Below are positions 41,782 to 51,264 of a DNA stretch of 64,000 bases, one piece after another. Within the stretch, counting starts at the first letter, position 1. The number at the start of each line of letters is the position of its first letter. The notes under the pieces are model-generated. The model was not told the origin of the DNA. It searched no databases and was given only the letters and a program-made list of their open reading frames with translations. Made by a program: the position numbers and the translations under genes. Origin of the DNA: a virus; the IMG/VR virus record IMGVR_UViG_3300028394_002801, positions 1 to 64,000 of that record, one strand, 5' to 3'.

Positions 41782-42270
41782 TTAATAAACCAATATACAT
41801 CTATCTGGCTGAATAGTCACACTAATTCCTGCAATTGCATCAGAACTATAACTTAAATTACCAAAGTCAACATTTGTTAATAGGCAACCTTCAAGCAACC
41901 ATTTTTCAATTACAACTCCTGTTGGGTCAAGCATTTCTAATGTTAAATTTTGCTTATATCCAGCAGCATAACCCATTCTGCCTGTTACTGATTCAGCATG
42001 TAATCTAACCCACTCCATTAATGCTTGTGAAGCTGATGGTCCAATTGGATCCCTAAACTTAACACTAATAGCTTCCCACTTAAATCTTCCTGAAACATAT
42101 GTTGATGTATTCAAGAATTGTATCTCTGTTGAAGCTATGCTAATCTTAGGTCTTGATGCTGTTTCAACAAACCATTCATTTATACCCATACTTGATGGAA
42201 ACCTCAAAATGAACCTATTTTCCCTTTTTGGTTCGTATGGTAGGGGCATTTTCATTAATAAATCAGCCAT
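41782..42270 (-). CDS. tail tube protein (T4 gp19-like)
   Basis: YEPKRENRF, GRFKWEAISVKFRD and LEMLDPTGVVIEKWLLEGC...FGNLSY motifs. Confidence 0.9.
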   Translation of the reverse strand: MADLLMKMPLPYEPKRENRFILRFPSSMGINEWFVETASRPKISIASTEIQFLNTSTYVSGRFKWEAISVKFRDPIGPSASQALMEWVRLHAESVTGRMGYAAGYKQNLTLEMLDPTGVVIEKWLLEGCLLTNVDFGNLSYSSDAIAGISVTIQPDRCILVY

Positions 42271-42472
42271 ATTTTATTTTTTAATTTTTTTTTATTATTA
42301 TATTATAACTTATAATAAATATAGGGAATATAAAAATATTTCAACTTTTTTAAAAAATAGTTCAAAAAACACTATTTACTTTTTTTATAAGATGATATAA
42401 TTTTATATATATTAATATAATTAATTATTATTAATAATAATAATATTACTATTATAATATAATATATAATTA
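42271..42472. other. extremely AT-rich intergenic tract
   Basis: about 90 nt (42397-42487) with a single C; 18-bp palindrome ATTATTATTAATAATAAT at 42424-42441. Confidence 0.6.
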
Positions 42473-43291
42473 TTAATATTTATTAACTTTTTCTTTTTCA
42501 CCTTTATTTGTTGAATATATTGTTAATCCTTTTCTATTAACTTTATCTTTCATAACTTCAATATTTTTAGGATCATCATCAGAAAATCCTATTGTGAAAT
42601 TCAATATATTACCTTTTTCTCCATTCATATCATTTTTAAAGTAAAATGCTTTTTTGAGTCTTTCTGACATATCTTCACAATAATCATAAAATTCATTTAA
42701 TGCTTTAACTTTCTCAATTTCAGGATTTGCTGCACTACCAGATCCAAATGATACTGGGTAGAATTTACATAAATCCAAATATTCATCAACAATATCTTCA
42801 TATTGATTTTCTGGTGCAACTAAATCCCTATATTTCTGTAAATTTTTAATTAACTTTTCTTCATCAATACCATTAAACCCATTTGTTATATATTTCTTAA
42901 CACCTTTCTTTAAAGTTTCTGGATTATGTCCCCTTGCTGTAATAATTGAAAAAATTGAACCATTATTAATTGCTTCTTTAAAATCATCAAAAGCTGGACC
43001 TTTCTTTGCTGTAAGCACATCAGATAAAAAAGCCTCATCACCTGTAACTTTAAATTGTCTAAATGGTAAATCAGCATAATTAACTATTGTTGTACCTCTA
43101 TATTTAAAATTAGTCTTTCCAATTTCCCCTCTATATTTGGCAAAATCATGGGTTGACATTCCAACTTCATCACCAACATCATCAATTAATATAATTTCAG
43201 TTGGCATATATACAATATTATCATCCCAATCAAATGCATAATATTTCATATCAGGTGTTCCTTCATTATTAAAACCTTCAAATAAATTCAT
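42473..43291 (-). CDS. HAD-superfamily phosphatase-like protein
   Basis: motif I YAFDWDDNI, motif II IITARGH, conserved Lys and motif IV GFSDDD; TATTTATA at 43305-43312. Confidence 0.7.
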   Translation of the reverse strand: MNLFEGFNNEGTPDMKYYAFDWDDNIVYMPTEIILIDDVGDEVGMSTHDFAKYRGEIGKTNFKYRGTTIVNYADLPFRQFKVTGDEAFLSDVLTAKKGPAFDDFKEAINNGSIFSIITARGHNPETLKKGVKKYITNGFNGIDEEKLIKNLQKYRDLVAPENQYEDIVDEYLDLCKFYPVSFGSGSAANPEIEKVKALNEFYDYCEDMSERLKKAFYFKNDMNGEKGNILNFTIGFSDDDPKNIEVMKDKVNRKGLTIYSTNKGEKEKVNKY

Positions 43292-43320
43292 AATAAATTT
43301 TTTATATAAATATCATTAAA

Positions 43321-44190
43321 TTAAAATTCTTCAATAATGATTGGAAGGTTTTCTGTTTTGAATTTCCAAAATTCTGCCATAAATTGTGCTCTAAACTTAT
43401 ACTTGGGGTCTGTATGATAACCAGATTCATAAACACACTTGCATATGCTTTCATATAATTGTTTCTTTGGTAATTCATAATTTGCTTTTTTGCATTCATA
43501 ATATCTTCCTGAATTTAATACTTTTGCCCAAGCCTCAATTCCTTCTTGAGTATTTTTTGCACTCATAAATTTTGCTTTCATAGTTACATTTTTTCCCCTT
43601 ATCACTTCATAGGTTCTATATGTCACAGAACCATATCCCTTAAATGCCTTCATTCCCCCCGCATTTGCGTGCAGTCGCCATAAGTTGGTCTCAATGCCAT
43701 TAGTAGTTGCCTCAATGATAAAGAATGAATAGAGCATAGATATGGGGAATTCTGTCAATAGATGTAAATTCATTAACATACTCTCGTAATGGAATGCCAT
43801 CCACATTCTCCTCATCTGAACCAAAGTTGCATTTTCCAAATTTCTAAATCCATTAGTTTTTAGATGTTTTCTTAATGCAGTCTTATCCATATTTCGAATA
43901 TCATAAACATATGACCTTTTTCCATAAGCATCCTCATCAATTATTGTAACACCTTCAAGAGCATCATTTTCTGGTATGATTGATTCTGTTGTATCAACTT
44001 TCACTTTAATGGTTTCAATCACCTTTTCAATAAAAACTGTTTCTTGTTGAATTATTGGAAGATAAGATTGTTTTTCATATTTAATTTTGTTTGGGGTATA
44101 TATTATCCCCAATAAAAATGAACCCCATAATCCAAGTGCAATATAGATTGCAACACTAGGGTTGTTCTTTGGTAAAGTATTTTTTTTCAT
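43321..44190 (-). CDS. GH73 / FlgJ-like glucosaminidase (muralytic enzyme) with N-terminal membrane anchor
   Basis: FIIEAT (catalytic Glu), NAGGMKA, TYEV and GYHTDPKY (cf. GYATDPxY). The start is probably ATG 44190, followed by a hydrophobic helix; the ORF track extends to 44271. Confidence 0.7.
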   Translation of the reverse strand: MKKNTLPKNNPSVAIYIALGLWGSFLLGIIYTPNKIKYEKQSYLPIIQQETVFIEKVIETIKVKVDTTESIIPENDALEGVTIIDEDAYGKRSYVYDIRNMDKTALRKHLKTNGFRNLENATLVQMRRMWMAFHYESMLMNLHLLTEFPISMLYSFFIIEATTNGIETNLWRLHANAGGMKAFKGYGSVTYRTYEVIRGKNVTMKAKFMSAKNTQEGIEAWAKVLNSGRYYECKKANYELPKKQLYESICKCVYESGYHTDPKYKFRAQFMAEFWKFKTENLPIIIEEF

Positions 44191-44276
44191 TAATTTATAT
44201 ATTATATAAAAAAATAATACTTGATATAGTGAAAGTAAAGTAATTGCCCCTAACATATATAAAAACCCCAAATATT

Positions 44277-44311
44277 AAAAAACCCCCACTTCTATTTTGA
44301 GGTGGGGGTTT
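44277..44311 (-). terminator. rho-independent terminator
   Basis: AAACCCCCAC...GTGGGGGTTT stem with a T-tract on the minus strand. Confidence 0.8.
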
Positions 44312-44367
44312 GTTGTAAAATTCCATCATTATAAACCATTATGGTATTTAATGTTGGTTATATCCAT

Positions 44368-44396
44368 CATTATACATCTTCAAATGAAGCACCAGT
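44368..44396 (-). repeat. 29-bp direct repeat, orphan copy of the tail sheath 3' end
   Basis: CATTATACATCTTCAAATGAAGCACCAGT is identical to 46188-46216 (encodes TGASFEDV-stop). Confidence 0.95.
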
Positions 44397-46090
44397 TAGT
44401 CATTTTGATGTAGTTTTAATTCAAATTTTAATGAACCACAATCCCATATTTTATCATAACCATTTTCAAACATTATTTCAAATTCAGTTTTGTTTATATC
44501 AAAACCTTCTTTAACCAATACATTCTTTCTAAATTGGTATCTATGTAATCTACTTTGATAATTTTTTTTATACACATACCAATAGTTGGGGGGTGTCTTT
44601 GAAACAAAATCAAAATTATTTTTCTTATAAATATTATTATCAATATCAATACCTGACCATCTTATATCAGCATAAGATATAATTCTGCTTGGATTATATT
44701 TTTTAATAAAAAACTTCAAACATTTTCCAAAACCCCCAATAACAGATGTATTAATTATGGAACAAGATCTATATAATTCATAAGAATTTTTATCCTTATC
44801 CATTCTTGGTTTTCCAAATGTTGAGACAAAAACCAATTTATTATCATAATATAATCCAATTTTTATTTTTGATGATATGCTACCTTGGATATGATTTTCA
44901 TTTAAAAAATTTGAAACATCTTCATTTGATATGTCCCTAACTTCTGTTTTTCTTCCTGGTATCACAATTGGGGATTTACCAATTGATGCCATAATTTTTG
45001 ATTCAACAATTTCTGGCTTATGAATAATTTCATCTTCAAAAATATGAATTAATTTTATGCTTTTATTTTTGCATAAATTTGTTTTATTTATATGATAACC
45101 TTTTAATTTTCCCCCACCATATTCTGAATGATAATAATTACCATTTAATTCAAATGCTATGTTATGTTGGGGTAAAAAATAATCTAATTCAAATGGTTTA
45201 ATTATTGTTCTATTATTTTTAATAAATTCAATATTATATTTATTCATTATTTTCTCAAAAAAAACATTTAAACTATTGTTATTAACAATTGGATTACAAA
45301 CTGGACATTTTATTGTATAATTTCTAAAATATTGAGTATGTTCAAATATGCTATTACATTTTACACATTTTAATTGTGCAACACCTTTTGATTCAATTTC
45401 ATCATTTATTAAAATTAAATCCAAATTAGCCATTCTACTCCTAACATTTTCTAATCTTATTTTTCCTTGTTTTTCCTTATAGTGATTAGATTGTTGGTAT
45501 GTTTTTGTTCCATATTTTTCTAAAATATGAGCCTTCATATTATCTTTTGTTTTTTGTAATTTAAGTGAACTATCAACCCCATATCTTTCCAGCATTGTAT
45601 TTTTAACTTTATCTTTAAATTCATCTAACCTTAAATGAAATCCTCCATATTTTTCATTCAAAGTATTATTAAATTTACCTCTGTTATTATAATTTCCATC
45701 CCCATACCTTTCAAGTTTTGTTTGGTTTCTCTTTGCTATAATTTCATCTTTATTTAATTCAATACTTACTTTTTGGGATGAAATTGTTTTATTCTTCATA
45801 TTTTCATTTTTCATATAATGGTCAACCCCATATCTTTCAATTGAAGTTTGTTTTATTTTATCTTTAACAGATTCAAGTTGAAAACTATGTTCAACACCAT
45901 ACTTTTCTACCATTGCTTTTTTACCCAAATTAAGTCTATTCTGTTTATTAACATCTATTAACCCCCATTCTTTTCTACATTCATCTGAACATAATTTATT
46001 AGGTAGTATTTTTCTAACTTCAAATTCATTATTGCAATGAACACAATTTCTTTTCTCCCAATACTTTTGATTTTTTTCTTTTTTTTCCAT
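44396..46090 (-). mobile_element. free-standing homing endonuclease-like gene (Hef/Vsr-like nuclease with E(K/R)YG repeats and Zn fingers)
   Basis: CxxC pairs, six (E/K)(K/R)YG repeats, ELDYFLP..NIAFELNGNYYHS...LIHIFEDE and SYADIRWS...IWDCG; flanked by 29-bp direct repeats; own TATTTATA motif at 46108-46115. Confidence 0.75.
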
Positions 46091-46134
46091 CTACTAGTTG
46101 TTTAGAATATAAATATACAAAAATAAACCAAAAA

Positions 46135-46174
46135 ACAAAACCCCCAAGTCTAATTAAAGAAATGGGGGTTTTGT
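46135..46174 (-). terminator. rho-independent terminator of the sheath gene
   Basis: 12-bp inverted repeat ACAAAACCCCCA / TGGGGGTTTTGT plus T-tract. Confidence 0.85.
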
Positions 46175-46189
46175 ATTAAAAATTAACCA

Positions 46190-49100
46190 TTATACATCTT
46201 CAAATGAAGCACCAGTAGGGGTTATAACAAATTCAAGGCTAATAAACTCAAGAGACCTTGTAGGTTTAATATATATTTTTCCACTCATTGTATTTCTATC
46301 AATATCCTCTGGGTCATTTGAAACCGTAACACGGAAATCAGTTAAACCACGATCCCTTCTAATTCCATCAAGAATTGGATTTATGGTATCTAAAAACTGT
46401 TGGCGGACTATCTGGTCATTTTGTTCAAAAAGTAGCCTCACAGCGACCGCGGAGATTAATTTACGTGCTTGCAATAACAACCTACGAACGTTAATTCTAT
46501 TTAATGCTGATTCTCTAACTTGCAAAGTTTTATTTCCCCAAATTACAGTATTCACATCAGAGAATGTTGCAATTGGATTTATTCTTCCTTGATATAAAGT
46601 ATCTCTATCATCTTGTGTTAATTTTAATCTTGCTTTAACTGAATTAACCAATCCTCTATTATAACCTGCTGATGCAAACCAAGGGAATGCTACGTTATCA
46701 GTTAATGCCAAATTTCTACAAACTTCTGCTGTTGGTGGAATATATACTTGGGTATTATTCACTTGGTCTCTAACCAAAATCCAAGGATAATATGTTGCAG
46801 TATAATTTGAATCAATATTTGTTTCCTCCAAAGAAACAATTGATTCTTGGGGATAAATAACATTATTCACATCAGTTGTTAATAAATTTGCATCAGGTGT
46901 TGTAACAATATAAATTGAATCTGCTCTATCGCTTTCAATCATATCAATTGCATTTTCAACCAAGTTGCTATTATTAATATAATCAATACCTGGTGTAACA
47001 AAAATATTTATATTTGTTGATTCTGGATTTTGATATGTTAAAATTCCCTTTAAATATGCATAATAATCTGTTGTTGCAAATTCAATTGAACCATCACCAT
47101 CTGTAATTTGTTTAAATGTTCCTTGTCCTGTTGCCGCTACATATTTGCCAGATACAGATAATGCACCTCTCATATAATCAATACCTCCAATTTGGTATGA
47201 ATCACCATTTGTTCTTCTTTCAGAATAAACATCCCATCCATCAAAACCACCCTCAAATAATAAGGTGAATTTTCTTGAATATAAGTAATAATATGGATTT
47301 GAATTTGTTTCTGGTTCTGAATTAAAACTTCCACTACCAACCTCAAATGCTGTTTGACCACTTGTTGTATAACTATTTGCTATTGTAACAATTGTTGCAC
47401 CTGAATCCATATGGAAACCTTTTGTCACCACATTCCATTCTGAACCATCAGAAATAATGCTTGCTGGATTTTGTTTACCCTTATAGTTTAATAAAGAATT
47501 ATCATATCCATAATTTGTTGAAAATCCAAGATATGTTCTTTTTACATTATCAGCGGCTACAGCATTTGATGCTGCAAATGGTTCATTATTAACAACCTCA
47601 TTATTATAATAATATTTTGTCTTATATAATAAATTTGGTGTTAATGCACTACCATACTTTCTATGGGGATAACCCATAAATCCACAAGGAATTGCATCAA
47701 ATGGAAATTCATCACCCATTTCAAGCATAATGTATTTTGAAACCAAATTATATTTGCCATCACTTGTTCCAATCTTCTTTCCAACAAAACTATTTTGTGT
47801 TTCATCTAATGTGCAATTTGTATATTTTTCCAACACAACTGGCGCTGAATCTGAATCATAATAACTTCTAACCAATACATCAAATGTTCTATTCTTAAAT
47901 GACATATTAACAATTGAAGCCTTAACTTCAGTATTTGCTGAATTTCCATCAGATATTGAAATGAATTTGAATAAGTTATAAACTTTATTTCCTCTCAATT
48001 CAGAAACAACAAATGGTGTTTTTGGTGATTGATATTTTTCAAGATACCATCCAATTGATGTACCACTACCACTTCTTGCTGATGGCAAATAAGTTAAAGT
48101 TTGTTTTAATCCTCTAATATAACCAAGTCTATATGCTTGATTTAATAATGTTGGATAATGTTCTTCAACAAATATTGGGACATCATTCCTATCTTTCCCA
48201 AAATTATCAACACCCAATACATTTGCAATATAATTTGAATTGGTATTTTTTAATGATACATTAAATGTGTAATTAGTGTTTGATGTTGTTTTTCCACTTA
48301 AAACAAAATTACCAAATGGTGTCTCACTTATAGTTGTACTATTAGCTGTATCAATAGTTAATGCACTTAAACTATAAAGTTGACCATGATCGGTTGATGA
48401 ATAATTTGTGATACCTCTTGACCTAATTGTTGCAACAACCATATCATTATAATCTGTATATGCTGTTCCAGTAAATGTATAAGTGTTACCAGTTACTGTT
48501 CCAGTGAATGCGCCACTTGATACATTAAAACTAGATGTGTTGTAATAAAATGAATAACCTGTATAATCATTCCCAGAATTAGCAAATGTTGCATAATACC
48601 AAAAATCATTTTCATTTGCTGGCTTACCATTACTACCCAAAGATACAGTTGTTCCAAAATAATTATATTCAGTTAATCCTGACTTTGTTGATCCTGTGAT
48701 TGAATTATACACAGATACTGGTAATGAACCATAAGTTGATGTTTGACCAGTTAATGAAGTTGATAAAGCCACATCATTTGCAAATGTCTTTAAATCATCA
48801 TAGAATGTTGATGTTGAACCATTGCTTGCTGTATAAGTATCACCAGAAAATAATGCTGCACTTATACCATTTGGATATGTAGCACTTGTTATTACAAATG
48901 TTCCAGTTGTTCCAGTTGTTCCAGTAAATACTATTGAGATAGATGGACCAACACCAGTTCCACCGGTTAAACCAACAGTTGAATGATTAACATTTGCAAT
49001 TGTTGTTATTGACCAAGATGGACCAGCATCATAACCAGATAGTCCCAATACCCTTGTAACATACATTTGATTTGATTGTTGCAAATATGACTTGGCAATA

Positions 49101-49333
49101 TATGCAGATTCATATTTTGGTATCTGTGTGTTTATATATTTTTCAGGTGATGTTCCACCAAAATAAGTTTGAAATTCATCATAACTTGTAATGAATATAG
49201 GCTCAAATGCGGGGCCTTTGATCGTCTCACCGACCATTCCCAGTGTGGTTACACCAATACTCTGTGAAACAAAACTTAAATCTGTTTCAGAGGTATATAC
49301 ACCAGGAGATACGAATACTTTTTCATTTGCCAT
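46190..49333 (-). CDS. contractile tail sheath protein (T4 gp18-like)
   Basis: FVSPGVYTSETD, PWFASAGYNRG, RDTLYQGRINPI, WGNKTL, RINVRRLL and IKPTRSLEFI motifs. Confidence 0.96.
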   Translation of the reverse strand: MANEKVFVSPGVYTSETDLSFVSQSIGVTTLGMVGETIKGPAFEPIFITSYDEFQTYFGGTSPEKYINTQIPKYESAYIAKSYLQQSNQMYVTRVLGLSGYDAGPSWSITTIANVNHSTVGLTGGTGVGPSISIVFTGTTGTTGTFVITSATYPNGISAALFSGDTYTASNGSTSTFYDDLKTFANDVALSTSLTGQTSTYGSLPVSVYNSITGSTKSGLTEYNYFGTTVSLGSNGKPANENDFWYYATFANSGNDYTGYSFYYNTSSFNVSSGAFTGTVTGNTYTFTGTAYTDYNDMVVATIRSRGITNYSSTDHGQLYSLSALTIDTANSTTISETPFGNFVLSGKTTSNTNYTFNVSLKNTNSNYIANVLGVDNFGKDRNDVPIFVEEHYPTLLNQAYRLGYIRGLKQTLTYLPSARSGSGTSIGWYLEKYQSPKTPFVVSELRGNKVYNLFKFISISDGNSANTEVKASIVNMSFKNRTFDVLVRSYYDSDSAPVVLEKYTNCTLDETQNSFVGKKIGTSDGKYNLVSKYIMLEMGDEFPFDAIPCGFMGYPHRKYGSALTPNLLYKTKYYYNNEVVNNEPFAASNAVAADNVKRTYLGFSTNYGYDNSLLNYKGKQNPASIISDGSEWNVVTKGFHMDSGATIVTIANSYTTSGQTAFEVGSGSFNSEPETNSNPYYYLYSRKFTLLFEGGFDGWDVYSERRTNGDSYQIGGIDYMRGALSVSGKYVAATGQGTFKQITDGDGSIEFATTDYYAYLKGILTYQNPESTNINIFVTPGIDYINNSNLVENAIDMIESDRADSIYIVTTPDANLLTTDVNNVIYPQESIVSLEETNIDSNYTATYYPWILVRDQVNNTQVYIPPTAEVCRNLALTDNVAFPWFASAGYNRGLVNSVKARLKLTQDDRDTLYQGRINPIATFSDVNTVIWGNKTLQVRESALNRINVRRLLLQARKLISAVAVRLLFEQNDQIVRQQFLDTINPILDGIRRDRGLTDFRVTVSNDPEDIDRNTMSGKIYIKPTRSLEFISLEFVITPTGASFEDV

Positions 49334-49353
49334 TATTATTTTTTATTTATTCA

Positions 49354-49361
49354 TATAAATA
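49354..49361 (-). promoter_or_regulatory. putative late promoter TATTTATA
   Basis: 20 nt upstream of the sheath ATG. Confidence 0.55.
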
Positions 49362-49393
49362 TCTAAAAAATAATCAAAAACCATTATTGAGTT

Positions 49394-50224
49394 TTAATCT
49401 TTAATACAACGTACTGAAAGTCCATATCTTTCATCAAATGTATCAGGATAAGTTATTGTACTAGGATTTGATGCAAATGCATCAATTTGAATTGCTGTAC
49501 GATCAGATGTTGTCCAAAAATAATTTTGAAATTTGAGTCCAGAGGAATCCCCAGTTTTGGATCTATTATCAGAACCTAAAGAATTAAACCCACTTGTATT
49601 AGTCCCCAATGGGGCTGCAACATACCAATAAGTTGTTCCTGGATGTCTTGCAGCAAGAGTAGTGCCAATATTTGCTATAAAAGTGTTTGCTTCACTTAAT
49701 GTTGGAATATGCCAACCTGCTGGGCATAAAGTACTTCCTGAGGTGCTTCCAGTTACAGCATATTGGTTATATAATAAACCCTCAATTGCTTTACTATTAG
49801 AATCATCATGAACATATGCCCAATATTTACTTGACGTATTATTTGCATTTGACCAAGCGGTATTATCAACTTGTGTTGTATTGTCTAATAGTGTACCATC
49901 TCTAAATTTTGTTGTCCTTAAACTTTCTGACATCCAAACTTGATTACCAATCTTAATTGTTCTATATCTATTACCATCACCATCTGGTGGTGTTAATTGT
50001 GAAGCTGTACATATCTTATTTGATAACCCAGGAAATTGACAAGAAAATGTACCATACTCATTACTTATAGTTGCTGATGAATATGTGAAAGGCATTGTCT
50101 GTGTGCCTACATTTATAGTTGTGCCAGATGGATGATTATAAGGTATTGTATACCCTGTTGCCGCATATATTGAAACATTTGCTGTCTGACCGCTATAATT
50201 TATTGAACTTACTTGAATTGCCAT
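49394..50224 (-). CDS. FISUMP / Fib_succ_major domain protein (second copy)
   Basis: DGDGNRYRTIKIGNQVWMSESL, GLLYNQYAV, LCPAGWHIP and GLSVRCIKD motifs. Confidence 0.85.
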   Translation of the reverse strand: MAIQVSSINYSGQTANVSIYAATGYTIPYNHPSGTTINVGTQTMPFTYSSATISNEYGTFSCQFPGLSNKICTASQLTPPDGDGNRYRTIKIGNQVWMSESLRTTKFRDGTLLDNTTQVDNTAWSNANNTSSKYWAYVHDDSNSKAIEGLLYNQYAVTGSTSGSTLCPAGWHIPTLSEANTFIANIGTTLAARHPGTTYWYVAAPLGTNTSGFNSLGSDNRSKTGDSSGLKFQNYFWTTSDRTAIQIDAFASNPSTITYPDTFDERYGLSVRCIKD

Positions 50225-50251
50225 TTTTTATAAAATTTATTTTTAATTATA

Positions 50252-50758
50252 TTAACTTATTTTAAGATATGCCCAAGTTACTACTTGTGATGTATTAGTA
50301 TTATTGGTTATAGTAAATTTAAATACATTTGTATTAGTTGGAAATGGATTGTAGGTAATAATACTGCCTGGTGTTCCTATTATTTGAGCAGGTATGTTCT
50401 CAAATCTTAATTTATTACCTGTACTATTATACCAAGCTCGTTGATCACCTATTACAGGCACATTTGTGTTTGATAAGGTTACAAATCCATTCCATTTAAT
50501 AATACCTTGACCATCTGAAGTAATTCCAATTACTGACATCATATATGATGCAGATGAATTAGTTGTAAAACTATATTCATTACTAGAATTTGAAGGTAAA
50601 GTCCAAGTTCCTGTCTCTGGTGCTAATAATACAGGACCAAGTAATGATTCTCTTGTAATTTTAAATGATTCTGCATTTGAACTATTATTCATAACAAGAT
50701 AAGTACCTGTAGGGCTACCTGTAAATGTTGGTAATTCACTTATTTTTCTATTTGCCAT
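50252..50758 (-). CDS. virion fibre/decoration protein, paralog 3 of 3
   Basis: MANRKISELPTFTG N-terminus shared with two adjacent paralogs; beta-rich. Confidence 0.6.
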   Translation of the reverse strand: MANRKISELPTFTGSPTGTYLVMNNSSNAESFKITRESLLGPVLLAPETGTWTLPSNSSNEYSFTTNSSASYMMSVIGITSDGQGIIKWNGFVTLSNTNVPVIGDQRAWYNSTGNKLRFENIPAQIIGTPGSIITYNPFPTNTNVFKFTITNNTNTSQVVTWAYLKIS

Positions 50759-50759
50759 A

Positions 50760-51263
50760 TTAATTTGTTTTAAAATACGTGTAATTCACAACTTGTGGTG
50801 AACCGCTACTATTGCCAAACTGAAATTGAAATACACGTGAATCAGAAACAGCTGGGGAAGTATCAATTCTAGTGCCTGCAATTCCAACTATCTGACTAGG
50901 AATTGAAACAATATTTATAGGAGTTCCTCCTCCATTATAAACCCATGCATATTGCATACCTAATGCGGCTACATTTGTGTTTGATAGTGTTACTCGAGCA
51001 AACCAAACAATAATACCATTTGGAATACTTCCTACTACTGACATAACATATGATGATTGAGCTGAAGGAACTGTAAAACTATAAGTATTTACACCCGCAC
51101 TTAAAGTCCAACTTCCTAAGGTTGCTGGTGATAATAACCCACTAAGGAATGTTTCTTTTGTAACTTTAAATGATTCAGTTAAGCTACTATTATCCATAAC
51201 AATATAAGCACCTGTAGTACTACCTGTATATGTTGGTAATTCACTTATTTTTATATTTGCCAT
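50760..51263 (-). CDS. virion fibre/decoration protein, paralog 2 of 3
   Basis: MANIKISELPTYTG...; colinear with its neighbours. Confidence 0.6.
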   Translation of the reverse strand: MANIKISELPTYTGSTTGAYIVMDNSSLTESFKVTKETFLSGLLSPATLGSWTLSAGVNTYSFTVPSAQSSYVMSVVGSIPNGIIVWFARVTLSNTNVAALGMQYAWVYNGGGTPINIVSIPSQIVGIAGTRIDTSPAVSDSRVFQFQFGNSSGSPQVVNYTYFKTN

Positions 51264-51264
51264 A

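Noticed and set aside
97-42400. Numerous short plus-strand ORFs (e.g. 246..539, 5490..5840, 14546..15130, 31191..31550, 40861..41178)
   Set aside because: They lie antisense to well-supported genes, mostly start with alternative codons, and carry no recognisable motifs.
44191-44271. 27-aa hydrophobic N-terminal extension of the GH73 ORF from TTG 44271
   Set aside because: It begins immediately after the terminator in T-rich intergenic-like DNA. ATG 44190 has the typical A-rich leader, so the extension is probably not translated, though this is not fully excluded.
44396-46190. Group I intron in the sheath gene
   Set aside because: The sheath ORF is complete with its own stop and terminator before the endonuclease. 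The spacers are too short for a ribozyme core and no P/Q/R/S elements were recognised.
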